Assembly: GCA_964016885.1 (NCBI GenBank)
Contig: OZ024743.1
Span: 172,236,001-172,300,000, forward strand
DNA length: 64,000 nt
Direction of reading: 5' to 3'
Origin: Eledone cirrhosa
Lineage: Eukaryota
Shown here: positions 12,268 through 24,500 of the stretch, in pieces
How the letters are laid out: each line of letters starts with the position of its first letter
Position numbering within the stretch: position 1 is the first letter of the stretch
Notes under the pieces: generated by a model
Database searches by the model: none
The model's input: the letters and a program-made list of their open reading frames with translations, nothing else
Told to the model about the DNA's origin: nothing
Translations under genes and position numbers: made by a program

Positions 12268-12460
12268 CGGCGGTGGATTGGCAGAATCGGTAGAGAGTCG
12301 GACGCCGTGCTTTGACGCATAGAGTTACAGCCCTTGCCATTCTGAGTTCAAATCCCGCCGAGGTTAACTTTGCCTTTCATCCTTACGGGGTCGATAAAAT
12401 AAAGTACCAGTAATGAACTGGGTAATTGCTGGCCTTGTGCCAAAAGTAGAAACAATTATT
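12268..12460 (+). mobile_element. tRNA-derived SINE, full length
   Basis: A and B boxes plus core. TSD ATTATTATGATTTGAA at 12249 and 12455. Confidence 0.92.
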
Positions 12461-12464
12461 ATGA

Positions 12465-13445
12465 TTTGAAACTTCCTTTGAGTTCTGATTCTTTCCGAAT
12501 CATGTCGAGTCTCAACCTGGCACGTGAGGCAAATTTTGATAATACACACATTTTACAATCAATTGTCTCACAAATGATGCCACAAGAGCACAAACAACAG
12601 TTAATGTCCTTGCAAAGTTTTTTAATTGATAGTGCCCTTCTTAGTACATGGGCAGTACCAGTCAGCAATATTTTCTGTATCTCTTGCAGCAATGGCTTTC
12701 CAGGTAGCCTGTCAAATATTTTTCAGTAACCTTTTTTATCATTCCAAGTGTGCCGACTATCATTGGTAATGTACATGCCTTAAGATGCCACATTTTCTCA
12801 ATCAATTTCAATTGATAGATCTTTATACTTACTGAGCTTTCCGACTCTTTTGATGAGATCTTATGATCTGCTGGAATGCTCATGTCAATTAATAAGCATG
12901 TTTTCTCTTTATGGTCCTTCACAATTATATCAGGTCTGTTAGCCTTGATTGTTCTGTCAGTGTTCATAGGGGAATCCCAGAGGATTGTTGCGTTCTCGCC
13001 TCCTGTTACTGCATCTGGGTGATAATTTTACCATTTCCCTCTGTTTTCAGGCGATAAAACCTGCACATTACATAGTGTAAGTATTGACCCACTCTATCAT
13101 GCCTCGTTTTATATTCCTGATGTATCTAATACCTTGCAGCCTGACACCAGGTGGTCTATGGTCTCAATATGTTCATCACAGAATCCACACTTTTAGTCAG
13201 TTCCATTTCTGATCATATTGGCTTGAAAGTTGTGTGTTCGGAGACACTGGTCTTGTGCAGCCAAAATAAAGCTTTCACTCTCTGCATTTAGCCCAGAACT
13301 TCGTAGCCACTGATGGGGGAGTGCTTGATCTACATCAGGTTCTTTGCTATGGGAACATACTGTTCATGCAGTGGTTTTTGCTCCCATTTAGTGCACAGTC
13401 TCTGTTGGCCTTCATATTTTGCCAACACTGATATTTTTTGCGGCT
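12465..13445 (-). pseudogene. 5'-truncated R4/Dong element, family C
   Basis: Minus-strand TDRTIKANRPDIIVKD..CLLIDMSIP and EIQKILLTGTAHVLRRAL, with a TAA-type tail at the left end. Confidence 0.85.
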
Positions 13446-13499
13446 TTAATTACAGAATCGCCATTATTATTTTCAAAATGTATTCCCATTTATTCCGCA

Positions 13500-14830
13500 A
13501 ACTTCCTACTTACAGAGGCCGGATAAGCGAATTAGTTAAGCGTGCCTTGACGGGTGCGATCGTCAACAACAGGTGGTGGTTCACCCTGGAAAGGGCAATT
13601 AGAGTAGTATCGATAAGGTTCAGCAAAGGAGTAAGCGTTAGAGGAAAATAGAGTAGAGGGAGAGCTAGTTAGCAAGCTAGAAAAGGCGTTTAGGACAGGC
13701 ATCGCAACTGACGAGCTTGCTTGCGGCGAGAATGGCACTGAACCAATTCTTCAACGCAAATCACGAATGCCACGTTGTCAGAGCTAGAGCGCGTGCTCTA
13801 AGACACGAGGGGATAAAAGCCATCCAATGGGCCCAGTTAGTGGATGTGCGACGTGGCAACAATTCCACAATTCGGTCTTTGCCTGACCAAAACAGGCGCA
13901 TGTTACTCGAACCCGAGCAGGTGTGAGGTTCTTCAGTAACACTTTGTCAGTAACACTTTGTCAGAGTATGGACTTCAGTGCATACCTGGACTGCCGCGAC
14001 TCTCGAGGACCACAGCGCAGTATTGCGAAAAGCCGATAACAGCAGGTGAAATACGGGAAACGATGTCTGATGCACGAGGGATAAATCGCCAGGTTTGGAT
14101 GATCTGCTCTACGAGCTTTATGCGTACATGCCAGACTTATTTGGCGACCTCTTGGCAGATGTCTACTGCAACTGGCAGCAGAACGGGAGCATTCCTAGTT
14201 CTGTGAGACGGGGAGCAGTGGCGCTGTTGAGAAAAGACTCGGGGGGAGGGATTTATAGACAACTTCAGGCTAAACGCAGTGTTCAATATTTTGGACAAGG
14301 TGTTAGCAACGAGATTGGCGCTTGTCGTCGGTGGTCTGGGGGAGGGGGGGGGGGTGAAGACAGATCCATCCACGACAACCTTCACCTCATTCGATACATC
14401 GCGGTAGATAGATGGTAGCTAGGGAACCTGGCACGGGAGGGACCTTGATCAATTTATATCAGTCGAAAGCTTTCAATAGGCTCGGTCATCGTTATCTGAC
14501 GCCAGTCCTGAGGGCAGCCGGCTTGGGCCCGTCTGCAGAGACTGGATCGCTTCGATGCACAGTGACATCTGCTCTGTGGTGAGAGTGAACGATCACCTTT
14601 CGGAATCGTTCAACATCATGCTAGGTATTCCAAGGATGTCCCCTCTCGTCCCTGTTGTACGTATTGACTCTTGAGCCATTGCTGCACAAACTGGAGATAT
14701 TGAACTGGGATGCGCGAGAACCGTGTCAGCATATGCCAATAACCTCACTGTAGTGGTGTCGAACGCCAAACACATCGTGGCGATCGGCACTACACTAAAC
14801 TGTTACAGGAACAATGATCAACCAGGAAAC
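13500..14830 (+). pseudogene. L1/Tx1-like ORF2 remnant
   Basis: Paralogous to 10560-11600: IVNNRWW, YELY..MPDLFGDLL, IHDNLHLIRY and a YANN version of YADD. Confidence 0.72.
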
Positions 14831-14861
14831 GTCGGTGGGTCAGGCAGCTATAAAGTAAAAG

Positions 14862-15029
14862 TATGAAGCCCTGGGAAACAGAACTAACAACAGGTGAAAA
14901 ATCTTTGGGAAGCGTAAAGATCAAGAGATAGCTTGTTCCCTTTGTTGTTTGTCCTTACCCTCATACCCTGGTCCCTCATATCGTGAAAAGTAAAAGCAGG
15001 ATACAAGCTCTTCACGGACGACCTAAAGC
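14862..15029 (+). pseudogene. Short, internally deleted R4 family-A-like RT fragment
   Basis: CCCTGGGAAACAGAACTAACA..TTGGGAAGCGTAAAGATCAAGAGA..CTCTTCACGGACGACCTAAAGC resembles 7842-8053. Confidence 0.7.
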
Positions 15030-17520
15030 CACAAGCACGTCGGTCGCGGTGCCTTTACTAAGCGCCTCCTCTAATTTTCTAACTAGTTCTCCAACTGCTC
15101 TAACGCATTATTAAACCTAACGGATAGTATTCTAATCGCCCTTTTCAGGGCAAACCACTATTTGTTATTGACGATTTCCCCCGTCAACGCCCGCTTAATT
15201 AGTTCGCTAATCCGGTCTCTGTAGGCTTTGCGCGCTGTTAACGATGCCTTTAGCTTCCAGTAGCCGGGTCCCTGTCTATGAAACCTGTCTAAGTCTACCA
15301 CACAGATCACGAATTTATGGTCCGTGTAGTCGGCTATCTTGAATTGTGGACAGCCTGTACTAGACCTATCTATTTCCTTACAAAATACCCTATCAAGATA
15401 CGATCTAGGTGACCCGATGCGGTTTGTACATGTCCACATTGGCACATCTGAAAATCCAGACGGTACCTGTCAGACAGTGAAAAACGTCTGAGCAGGTTGG
15501 TTTGTGAGGCTTTTACACCCTCCTCTCCTATCCGCTAATCCCACACAGTCCCAGCGTGCATCTAAGATCACGTTCCAATCGCCCATGATCACTAAAGAGC
15601 GGGGCGTTCCAAGAAAGGTCTCCAGTCACTGGAAGCTGTCAGGTTGTCCTATCCCTCTCGGGGCATAGATGGACACTAGTCTCAAAGCTTGCCCTTCTTC
15701 GCTGGTCACGTCCCGCACCACCAACGTACATTCTGGTTCCAAGAAGACGGCCCGTATCCCGAGATCCAGACTTCTTCAGAACAACACAGCCACCACCCTT
15801 GTAGATGTGTCCACCTCGTAACCGCCGAAAATGGATGCGAATGACCGTGCCTCGGAGATTCTGGTCTTGCTGAAGGCCACCACATTTATGTTTTGAGACC
15901 TGAGATCGTTGAGCAGGTGACCCTGCTTCCAAAATGACACAAGGTCACATGCATTTATGCTGCCTATCCTGAGAGAAGCCGTGTTAGCTAAGATAGGAGG
16001 AAAACAAATGAGAGGAAAAAAGATTTAAAAAATAGTACTTTGGGCTTTTTTTTAGAAAGGGTGTGGGTGATCCATCCCTCCAACCAGTGGTGGATTTCTT
16101 CACGAGAATGTCAGAGTATATTCTTTTAGTAAGGTTCCCTCAATAGTCTTCAATTGACACAGGGACCTTTTTCTTTACAGTTGTGTAATTGTTTCGTGAG
16201 ATTTCAATTATTTTTATGTGTGTGGGAGGTGCAATTTTAGTGGTCTGTATGTAGTTTGTTTTTGTGATGTTGTTCAATGAAATTTAAAAGCATTGTGTTG
16301 TCTGTGTATTGTGTATGTTTTGGGGCTGTTCGTGCTTTTTGTGTTTGCTGTGGTGTTGCTGGAGGTGACGATGAGGTAGATCATAATGGTGGCAGTAATG
16401 GTGGTGGCGGTGCTGGTGGTGGGGTTGGTGGTGGTGATGATGTAGGTGATTGTGTGTTGGCTGTTGATGATGATTGCGCTGGACTGTTTGTGTTTTCTTC
16501 CTCCTCTTTTATTTGGGAGGGCGGCGGTAGGGGAAGCACGTACACGCCTTGGTGAGTTTGGGGCAGAAGGCCTTTCGACAGTCATTTGTAGATGGCTGCC
16601 GTCATCCAGGTCGATCACATCGGGGATGGCCTCTATCCTGTCGAGGTCTGCTTGAGTGATTATTTCCATCCCCGAGCCTGACCAGTTTTTCTGTCTTATA
16701 TGCATGACGTCTAGAATTGCTGTTGACTCTTCGACGTCTGCGAGGACGGCCACCATCAATCCCTCGCGACTCTCTGGACAGAGTATGGGGTCACCATCAC
16801 TATTTCATCACTGCGGAGTGGCATATTGGAGTATGCTCTAGTTTCTTCGGGTGTAGCGAATAGAACATCAACGGTGCCATACTTCAAACCTCGAGCTATG
16901 TAGATTTTCTGTGCCCCGACAGCACGCATGGCCCTTTGGTCCAGCGACTCGGTCACCCGTTCCACCCGGTGCAATTTCTGTCCAATTGTGCGGTAGGAAA
17001 CCGAAGACAAATGTCGGTTTTTCATGACATCGTGTCCGGCTTTTTTACCAACATCTTGGCCTGCCTCCTCTCCGTGTCACTGACGTGTACACGTTTGACA
17101 TTTTTGGCAGCCTTCGCGAATGATGTAGCTTGGGTTGCTCCTGTTTGCTGTGTCGGTTCGTCGTTACTCTTGCTTTTGTTGTTATTGTTGGTGGTGGTGG
17201 TGGTCTTGTTAACTTTTTCTTCCGTGTTGCTGTTGTTCTTTGGGTCTTTTGCAGCTGTTTCAACTGCTGTTATTGTTGTTAATATGGTGGTGGCGCTGGT
17301 GTTAGTGTTGTCTTTGTTTTTGATTGCTGGTGTTGATTTTTCTAACAACGGGAAATTATCGAAATCATCTGGCACTATATAGTTACTACTGCTGCTGATG
17401 ATAATGTTGTTGCTTCTGCCGTGGGATATGACGAAATTAGCTGTTCCACATTCTGGTCAACCTACTGTCTGCGGTCAGTTTGTCCAGTCGACCATGTTTC
17501 TTTTGTTAAAAACAAATTAG
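15030..17520 (-). pseudogene. L1/Tx1-like LINE 5' half: ORF1 remnant and APE endonuclease
   Basis: Minus-strand APE motifs (SYLDRVF, YTDHKFV, GPGYWKL). Upstream T/N-rich ORF1 fragments with SFAKAAK lie at 16274-17375. Confidence 0.72.
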
Positions 17521-17714
17521 TGGGTATGATTGTAAATAAACACAAATTCAGCCTTTAAGGGCGACATATACAGTTAAAAATCGACCTGCGCTAAAAGAGG
17601 GGTTTTTTTTAGCTACATAACAATGTATAATATTTTGTATGAAAGTTTCATTAACATAAAAAATCAATAGACTTACTCCGTCGTAGTTACACATGTCTCA
17701 AGAGATTCAGCACA

Positions 17715-19130
17715 ATAATAATAATAATGATTCTTTCTTTATTGGCCACAAGACATCAAGAAAAACATTACAGACGGCAGAGGACTGTACAGGACGGTAC
17801 GATGTGGGTTTTGTGCGTGTAAAGATTTTTATTATTTATATAAGAAACGAAAAAGAAGAAAAGACATAGAAACATATATATATATAAACAATAAAAATGA
17901 AAATTCAAGCAATGAAAAATTCCCCAATAGGGGGAAACCTCCAAGGGTTTCTCGTGGCGAAATCCACACAAAAGACCACGGCCACCCTGACCACCGGGAC
18001 AAGCGCCCGCTCTCAATTTTTTACCATTCCTCAAACTACAAGTGTATACAGTGTCTGTCTTTAACCCTTTCAACCTTGTCCATCACACAATCTCTTGCGC
18101 CATGGCCACCAGGCAGATGAAAACCGCCTGCCCTAACTCCTCGAAGGAAGACGGCGAGACCATCTGCACAATGGACTCAGTTGATAACCGGATCGCAACT
18201 GTTCGACATAGCTCCACAAGTCAGCAATGCTCGGGCACTGAACAAGTGCGTGCACGACGGTTTCGTCGCTCTGTGCACATCTCGGACAGGCTCGGCTGAT
18301 GGCACTTCCGTGCCTGTAGAGCTTATCTCGAACCGGCAAAGCTCCCTGGTAGCACTGCTAGGCCAGGGATTTCTGGAAGTTATCCATAGGCCCTGGGCTG
18401 AAAGTTCTCCGGAAGAGAGCAAACAGCTGATCTTCTTCTACGCCCAGGATCTCTCCGAGAACGTCGTCGCTCTTCCCCTCAACTAGTCCTCTATAAAACG
18501 CTGAGGTGGATGTTCCAACGATACTGGTGCCCAGCTGGAAGAGGGCAGTAAGCGCCTGGAGACATTCCAGTTTCCAAGCGCTATCCCTCGGTCTTTTCCT
18601 GACCCAGCACTGCAGTTCCATCAAGGAGACGAGCTGTGGGACAACGTACCTGGCGAACGGCGACCATACCTGTTCACCGTCAAGGAAGCACCAGGGATGC
18701 CGCAGCCTCAGCGCATGTTTGCGCATCATCAACCATAGCATGCCCAGTCCTCGACGCAACGAGTGTTGACAGCAGATGGATCTTCTGACCATGGGAGCGC
18801 GTCCCTTCTACAAAAATCGGAAGAGGAGGCGCTCTATTTTGGTGAGAGTTGGGCCGGGGCAAGGGACGACGGTGAGGCAGTAGCAGATGACGGATGCGAT
18901 GTACGCATTCGCCACCTCCACTCGGCCTTTCAGGGACAGCTTCATCTCGGCCCATTTCTGGGTAAGGGAGACCACTCTGCTCGTCACCTCGCTCCAGAAT
19001 TTCTCCATCTGGAGATCCGGTCCGAACCAGACCTCAAGCAATTTAAGCGTTCCGTCCGTCCAACGCCCCACGACACTATCGGACGGCATGGACTTTGCTC
19101 TCCAGGTGCCGAGCTGTAGGCCCACCGTCA
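17715..19130 (-). pseudogene. L1/Tx1-like LINE 3' half with (TTA)n tail
   Basis: LSLKGRVEV, GLGM and CPRCAQSDETVVHALVQC (CCHC). AATAAA is followed by (TTA)n on the minus strand. Confidence 0.78.
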
Positions 19131-21497
19131 AAGACAAAATACAAAACTTTTGGATAAATGCCTTCACAGAGTCTCGTGAGCTGCTAGCCCAACTTTACAA
19201 TGAAATGGTTAAGGAGCCAGAAAAGATACCATCATGGCTAATTACGGCATTACATTCCTACTTCCGAAGAATGATGAGACAAACAATCCCAAAACTTACA
19301 AACCGATAACTTGCTTGACCACAATGTATAAAATGTTAACATCAGTCCTAACTGAATATACGTATAATCACCTGATAACAAATGATCTATTTCCCAATGA
19401 GCAGGAAGGGTGTAAACGAGGCTCATATGGCTGTAAAGATCAGCTTTTGGTTAACAAAATGATACTGGAAGATTGCCATAATAGACACAAAAATCTATTC
19501 AATTGCTTGGATAGATTACAAAAAAGCATTCGAGAGTTTGCCACACAGTTGGATTGAAAAATGTAAAGAGAAGATTTTCAAAATATCTCCCGTTGTCAGG
19601 AGGTTCCTGTCATTCAGTATGAAGACATGGAAAACGATACGCCTTTTGAATAGTGAAACAAAATCACTGGAAGCTGGGGAAGTTAATATTTATTGTGGAA
19701 TTTTTCAGGGTGACTCTTTATCACCGCTTTTATTCTGCATCGCACTTATACCATTAATTAAAATGCTCAATGAAACAAAACTTGGATATAAAGTCAATGA
19801 CATAACCATTAATCACTTGTTCTACTTGGATGAACTGAAACTATTTGCAAAATATGATGAGCAATTGCAAGGGATATTATCCACTGTGGAGCAGTTCAGT
19901 GATGACATTAAAATGGAGTTTGGACTAGATAAATGCGCCGAAGCAACGTTCACCAGAGGAAAGCTGCTGAAAAGTTCAGAGGTTAATCTTGATCGGGGGA
20001 ATGTGATAAGAGAACTTGATCAAGAGGAAACTTACAAATATCTAGGTGTTTGTGAAGGAGACGGAATCAAGCTCTCGACAATGAGGGAAAGGATAAGGAA
20101 GGAATGTTACCGCAGAGAAAGAGCAATCGTAAGAACGAAATTGAATGTAAGAAACAGTGTAGATGCCATAAACACGCTTGCCATACCAGTAGTAACCTAC
20201 AGTTACAATGACATCAACTGGTCAAACGCAGAGATCCGTAGGCTCGATACAAAAATTAGAAAATTCTTAACCATGCACAGAATGCATCACCCTAAGGCAG
20301 ATAGAATATATTTCCCTAGGAAAGAAGGAGGACGTGGGTTAATCGAGTTAAATATTGTGTTGAAAACTGCAACAATTGGATTATCTACATATCTAAGGGA
20401 ATCACATGATTGGATGATCAAACTCGTTTTGAAACACGAAAGCATCAAAAGATAATACTCCATTACAAAAGATGCACAAAGATACAGTAATGGACTACAA
20501 ATTTCAGAAATTCCATTTACTGCTGAAATGAAAAACACAGAAAAAGCAAAGCAGGTAAAAGTAACTGGAAAGAAAGAACTGCTACAGAAACTGGCTAAGA
20601 AATGGCAAGAAAAGCCTCTGTATGGAAAATACCCAGAAAGAGCTAACAATCCTGATGTTGACAACACATTAACCCATCAGTGGTTGGCATCCTCTGGACT
20701 GAAATCGGAGACTGAAAGACTGATTATATCATTATATCAGCACAATATCAGTGTCTGCCAACAAAAAGATCATGAAGCCAACATAATAAAAAATGGATGC
20801 GATCCATTATGCCGTATATGTAAAAAACCAACCAGAGACTATTGATCATATAATTCAGTCCTATAGCTCCAACCGAATACCTAAACAGGTACGACAGAAT
20901 TACACAATACATACATTGGATAATGTGTAAGCATTTTGACCTGCCATATCAAAAGAATTGGTGGGAGCATCAACCACCTCCCATACTTGAAAAAGATCAC
21001 ATCTCAATCTTGTGGAACTTTAGCATCCAAACAGACCGAAAAATAGATGCAAATAGACCTGATATAATACTGAAGGACTTGAGGGTATGCCTGCTAATTG
21101 ATATGTCCGTTCCAATAGACAAGAATGTATCTATATAAACATTTGAAAAATAAGGACCTGGAGATAGAAATTGGAAAAATGTGGAAATTGAGAACTAAAA
21201 CAATACCAGTGGTTGTAGGCGCTCTATGAATGATACCTAAGGGGTCTAATGATTACTTATCACAAATCCCAGGAAACGCGCGTATAGGAGAAATACAAAA
21301 GATAGTACTAATGGGAACTGCCCATATACTAAGGAAGATTCTGTCAATATAAGTACATCACAAGTCTAAACACCTAAAGATGCATGTGTGTGTATTTATG
21401 TTCGTTCTTGAACATGGCGGACCTTGTTGTCTCTTGAGGTCACTGGTTGTGACTTGGTGTTAACTCGTATGAACATAAAGCAAGATAAATGCAACTA
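19131..21497 (+). pseudogene. 5'-truncated R4/Dong family B copy
   Basis: Near-identical to 34897-37266, with frameshifts and stops and YLDE in place of YMDD. Confidence 0.9.
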
Positions 21498-21502
21498 TAA
21501 TA

Positions 21503-21572
<70 letters not shown>
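21496..21572 (+). repeat. (TAA)n tract
   Basis: AAT run between a family B tail and a family A head. Confidence 0.97.
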
Positions 21573-21573
<1 letters not shown>

Positions 21574-24500
21574 GGGAAGAAGACGCACGAGGTGACGGAG
21601 GTCATGAAATCGCTCCCGTAAGTTCTGAATTTTTAACATATTTAAACCATTTGTGAAATAACAACTCTTAGTACAAATGCTACGTAAAGCACCCGGCTTG
21701 AGCCCCAAAAAATTCGGACCCAAAATATATTGTTATAAGGCTCAAATATTCAAATATTCAACTTTGTATTGTACACTGTATATCCAAAAAATAAAATGAC
21801 TATAAATGGAAGAAGAAGAACCCCCCCCCCCCTCCTCTCCTCTGGCTACACTATATAGGACAGCTAAACTCACCAACACCAGAAACTAGATACATCACCC
21901 ACCCCATCATCTGTGTACACTAAACACAACAGCCAGATAACGACATTTTCACCTCACCGCCACCGCTCACTACGGCCATCATTACCACCACTATCCCATC
22001 ACCGCAGCCACCACCCCTTCACTCCTTCACTACTGCCACCGCTACAGCACCATCACTACAGTAATAAGGGCATATCACCGCCACCACTGCCTCGGTATCG
22101 ACATCACCACCACCACTGTCTCAGTATCGCTAACGCCGCAGTCTCCCACTTCTCCCTGCTGGCTGCTACTCCCACATAATAGAATTCCTACTACTAACAA
22201 AGAGGAAGGCATCAAAATATATAGATAGACTCAAAAGAAAAAAGAAAAAAGAAAAAACAAAACCAAAGCAGCACAGCAACAACAGCAAAAACGAGAAAAA
22301 CAAACAGAGAAAAACAAAAACAAAAAAAGAAACCCCAAAAACGTAAAGAAAATAAGAATGAAGAGAGAGGCAGGCGGACGGACAGAGAAGAGGGGGGGAA
22401 AAGTAAAACTTAAAAAACAAAAACTAAGTCAGACATTCGAACACTACATTACAATGAAACTTATGCTTATTCATTTTTGGGGCCCTTTCTGCCTGTGTAT
22501 TTGTTTGTTTATGTGTGTTCGTATACAGCGTGGCGATAATGCCACACAAGGGCCAAGTGGGATGGCGGATCCACAGATGGCTATGTAACTATACATTCGC
22601 CAATCCTCGATAAGAGTGTTTAAATATCGAACATAAACAGTTCGAATAACGGTGAAATGGAGACTAGAACGTCATGTGACAGACTCTCACCCAACAGGTG
22701 CCCCCTGGCTCAGCAGCAGGAACCTGACTGTCAACCAAATACTGCTGATGTTGAAGGAAGAAGAAGAAGGAAAGGGGCCAGAACCAACTGGACGAAAGAA
22801 TTGAATAGAACTGTTATGCAATGCTACCTGAAAAGTAACCCCAAGGAGAGGGGCTACAGGAGACGGATGCATAACATCTGGAACGAGATTGGTTTATTTA
22901 AATTAGATGAACAAAAATTGGCCGGGCAGGCTCGGGTAATAAGAACTAATGGGTGGATAAGCGAGCTGGAACTGGAGGAACTGAGCAGAGAGAATGGCTT
23001 GGAGATGGCGGGTGTAGTATGCCAGACAAGCGAGCCGGTGGGAAATGAAGGTGGGGAGGTCCTGAGAACGGAGGAACCACCCGAAGCAGACAATGATCTG
23101 AATACTGAGATAAATAATACCTGGAACAGAGATACGGCCACTGAGGAGATGAATGCTGACGGGCTAGGACAAGATTCGGTTGACATCCTAAATTTAGTGG
23201 TAGATGAATTGAGCAATGATAGTGGGAGACCTATGAACCTAAGATTTGTAGACAGGAAAAAGTTAAAAGAAACAACAGCTAAGGTAAACAAAGTCATCCC
23301 ATACCTTGAGGCGAGGAGCCTTCACCAGTGCAACAATATCCTCAAAGCAACAGCAAATACGGTGAGGAAACTACTTGGTATAAAAGCGAGAGGAAACAAC
23401 AGACAAGAAAGAGCAGAGCCGTGGTGGAAGAAGCGACTGAGTGGGCAAATCGGGGAAATGAGAAATGACATAGGAAAGCTTGAGTCACTACTGAATGGGA
23501 CACTAAAAAACATAGGCACTAAAAATAGACTGGAAATAAAATACAAAACTAGGAGTAAAAAGCTAAATATTATCATAGAGGAATTGAAGCAACGCATTGT
23601 AGCAAAGAGTGCAAAAATCAGGCGATACGAGAACAGAGTCAGTCAGTATAAACAGAACCGCATGTTCGACAACAACCAGAAGATGCTGTTTGGACAGCTT
23701 GAGGGGAAAGAAAGAGGCAACGACTTGATCCCTGGGGCGGAACAAACTAAAACATTCTGGAGAGGAATATGGGAGCAGGATGTTAGACACAATGCCCAGG
23801 CAGGGTGGATTGAGACAGTACAGAGGGAGATCGGTGAGCAGGCACGACAACAGACTGATTTGAGTATCACAGTTGAAACTCTTAAGGGGCAAGCCAAAAA
23901 ACTAACCAACTGGAAATCACCAGGCCCAGATGGTGTGCAGGGGTATTGGATTAAACATTTAACATCCCTCCACCCGAAGCTGACGGCCATGTTCAATGAC
24001 TGCTTGGTGTCGGGTGAGGTGCCAGAGTGGTTGACAAAAGGTACCACAGTTCTGATAATGAAAGACCGAATCAAGGGTAATGATGCTACCAACTATAGAC
24101 CTATCACATGTCTGCCCGTAATGTGGAAACTGTTGACGAGCATTGTGTCTGAGGAAATCTACCATCACCTCCACACAAACAACTTGTTACCGGACGAACA
24201 GAAAGGATGCCGAAAGAAGTCACGTGGTACAAAGGACCAGTTGCTTATTGATAAGATGGTAATGGGGAATTGCAGGAGGAGACACACTGATCTTGCCATG
24301 GGATGGATAGACTACAGAAAGGCATTTGACATGGTGCCTCATTCCTGGATCACCAAAAGCCTGGAGATCTTCAGGGTGGCGGATAACATCAGACAGTTGC
24401 TAGGCAGGAGTATGGGGTCCTGGGAGACAGAGCTGACATCAACTGGAGTATCCTTGGGAAGCGTGAAGATCAAGAGAGGTATCTTCCAGGGAGATAGCCT

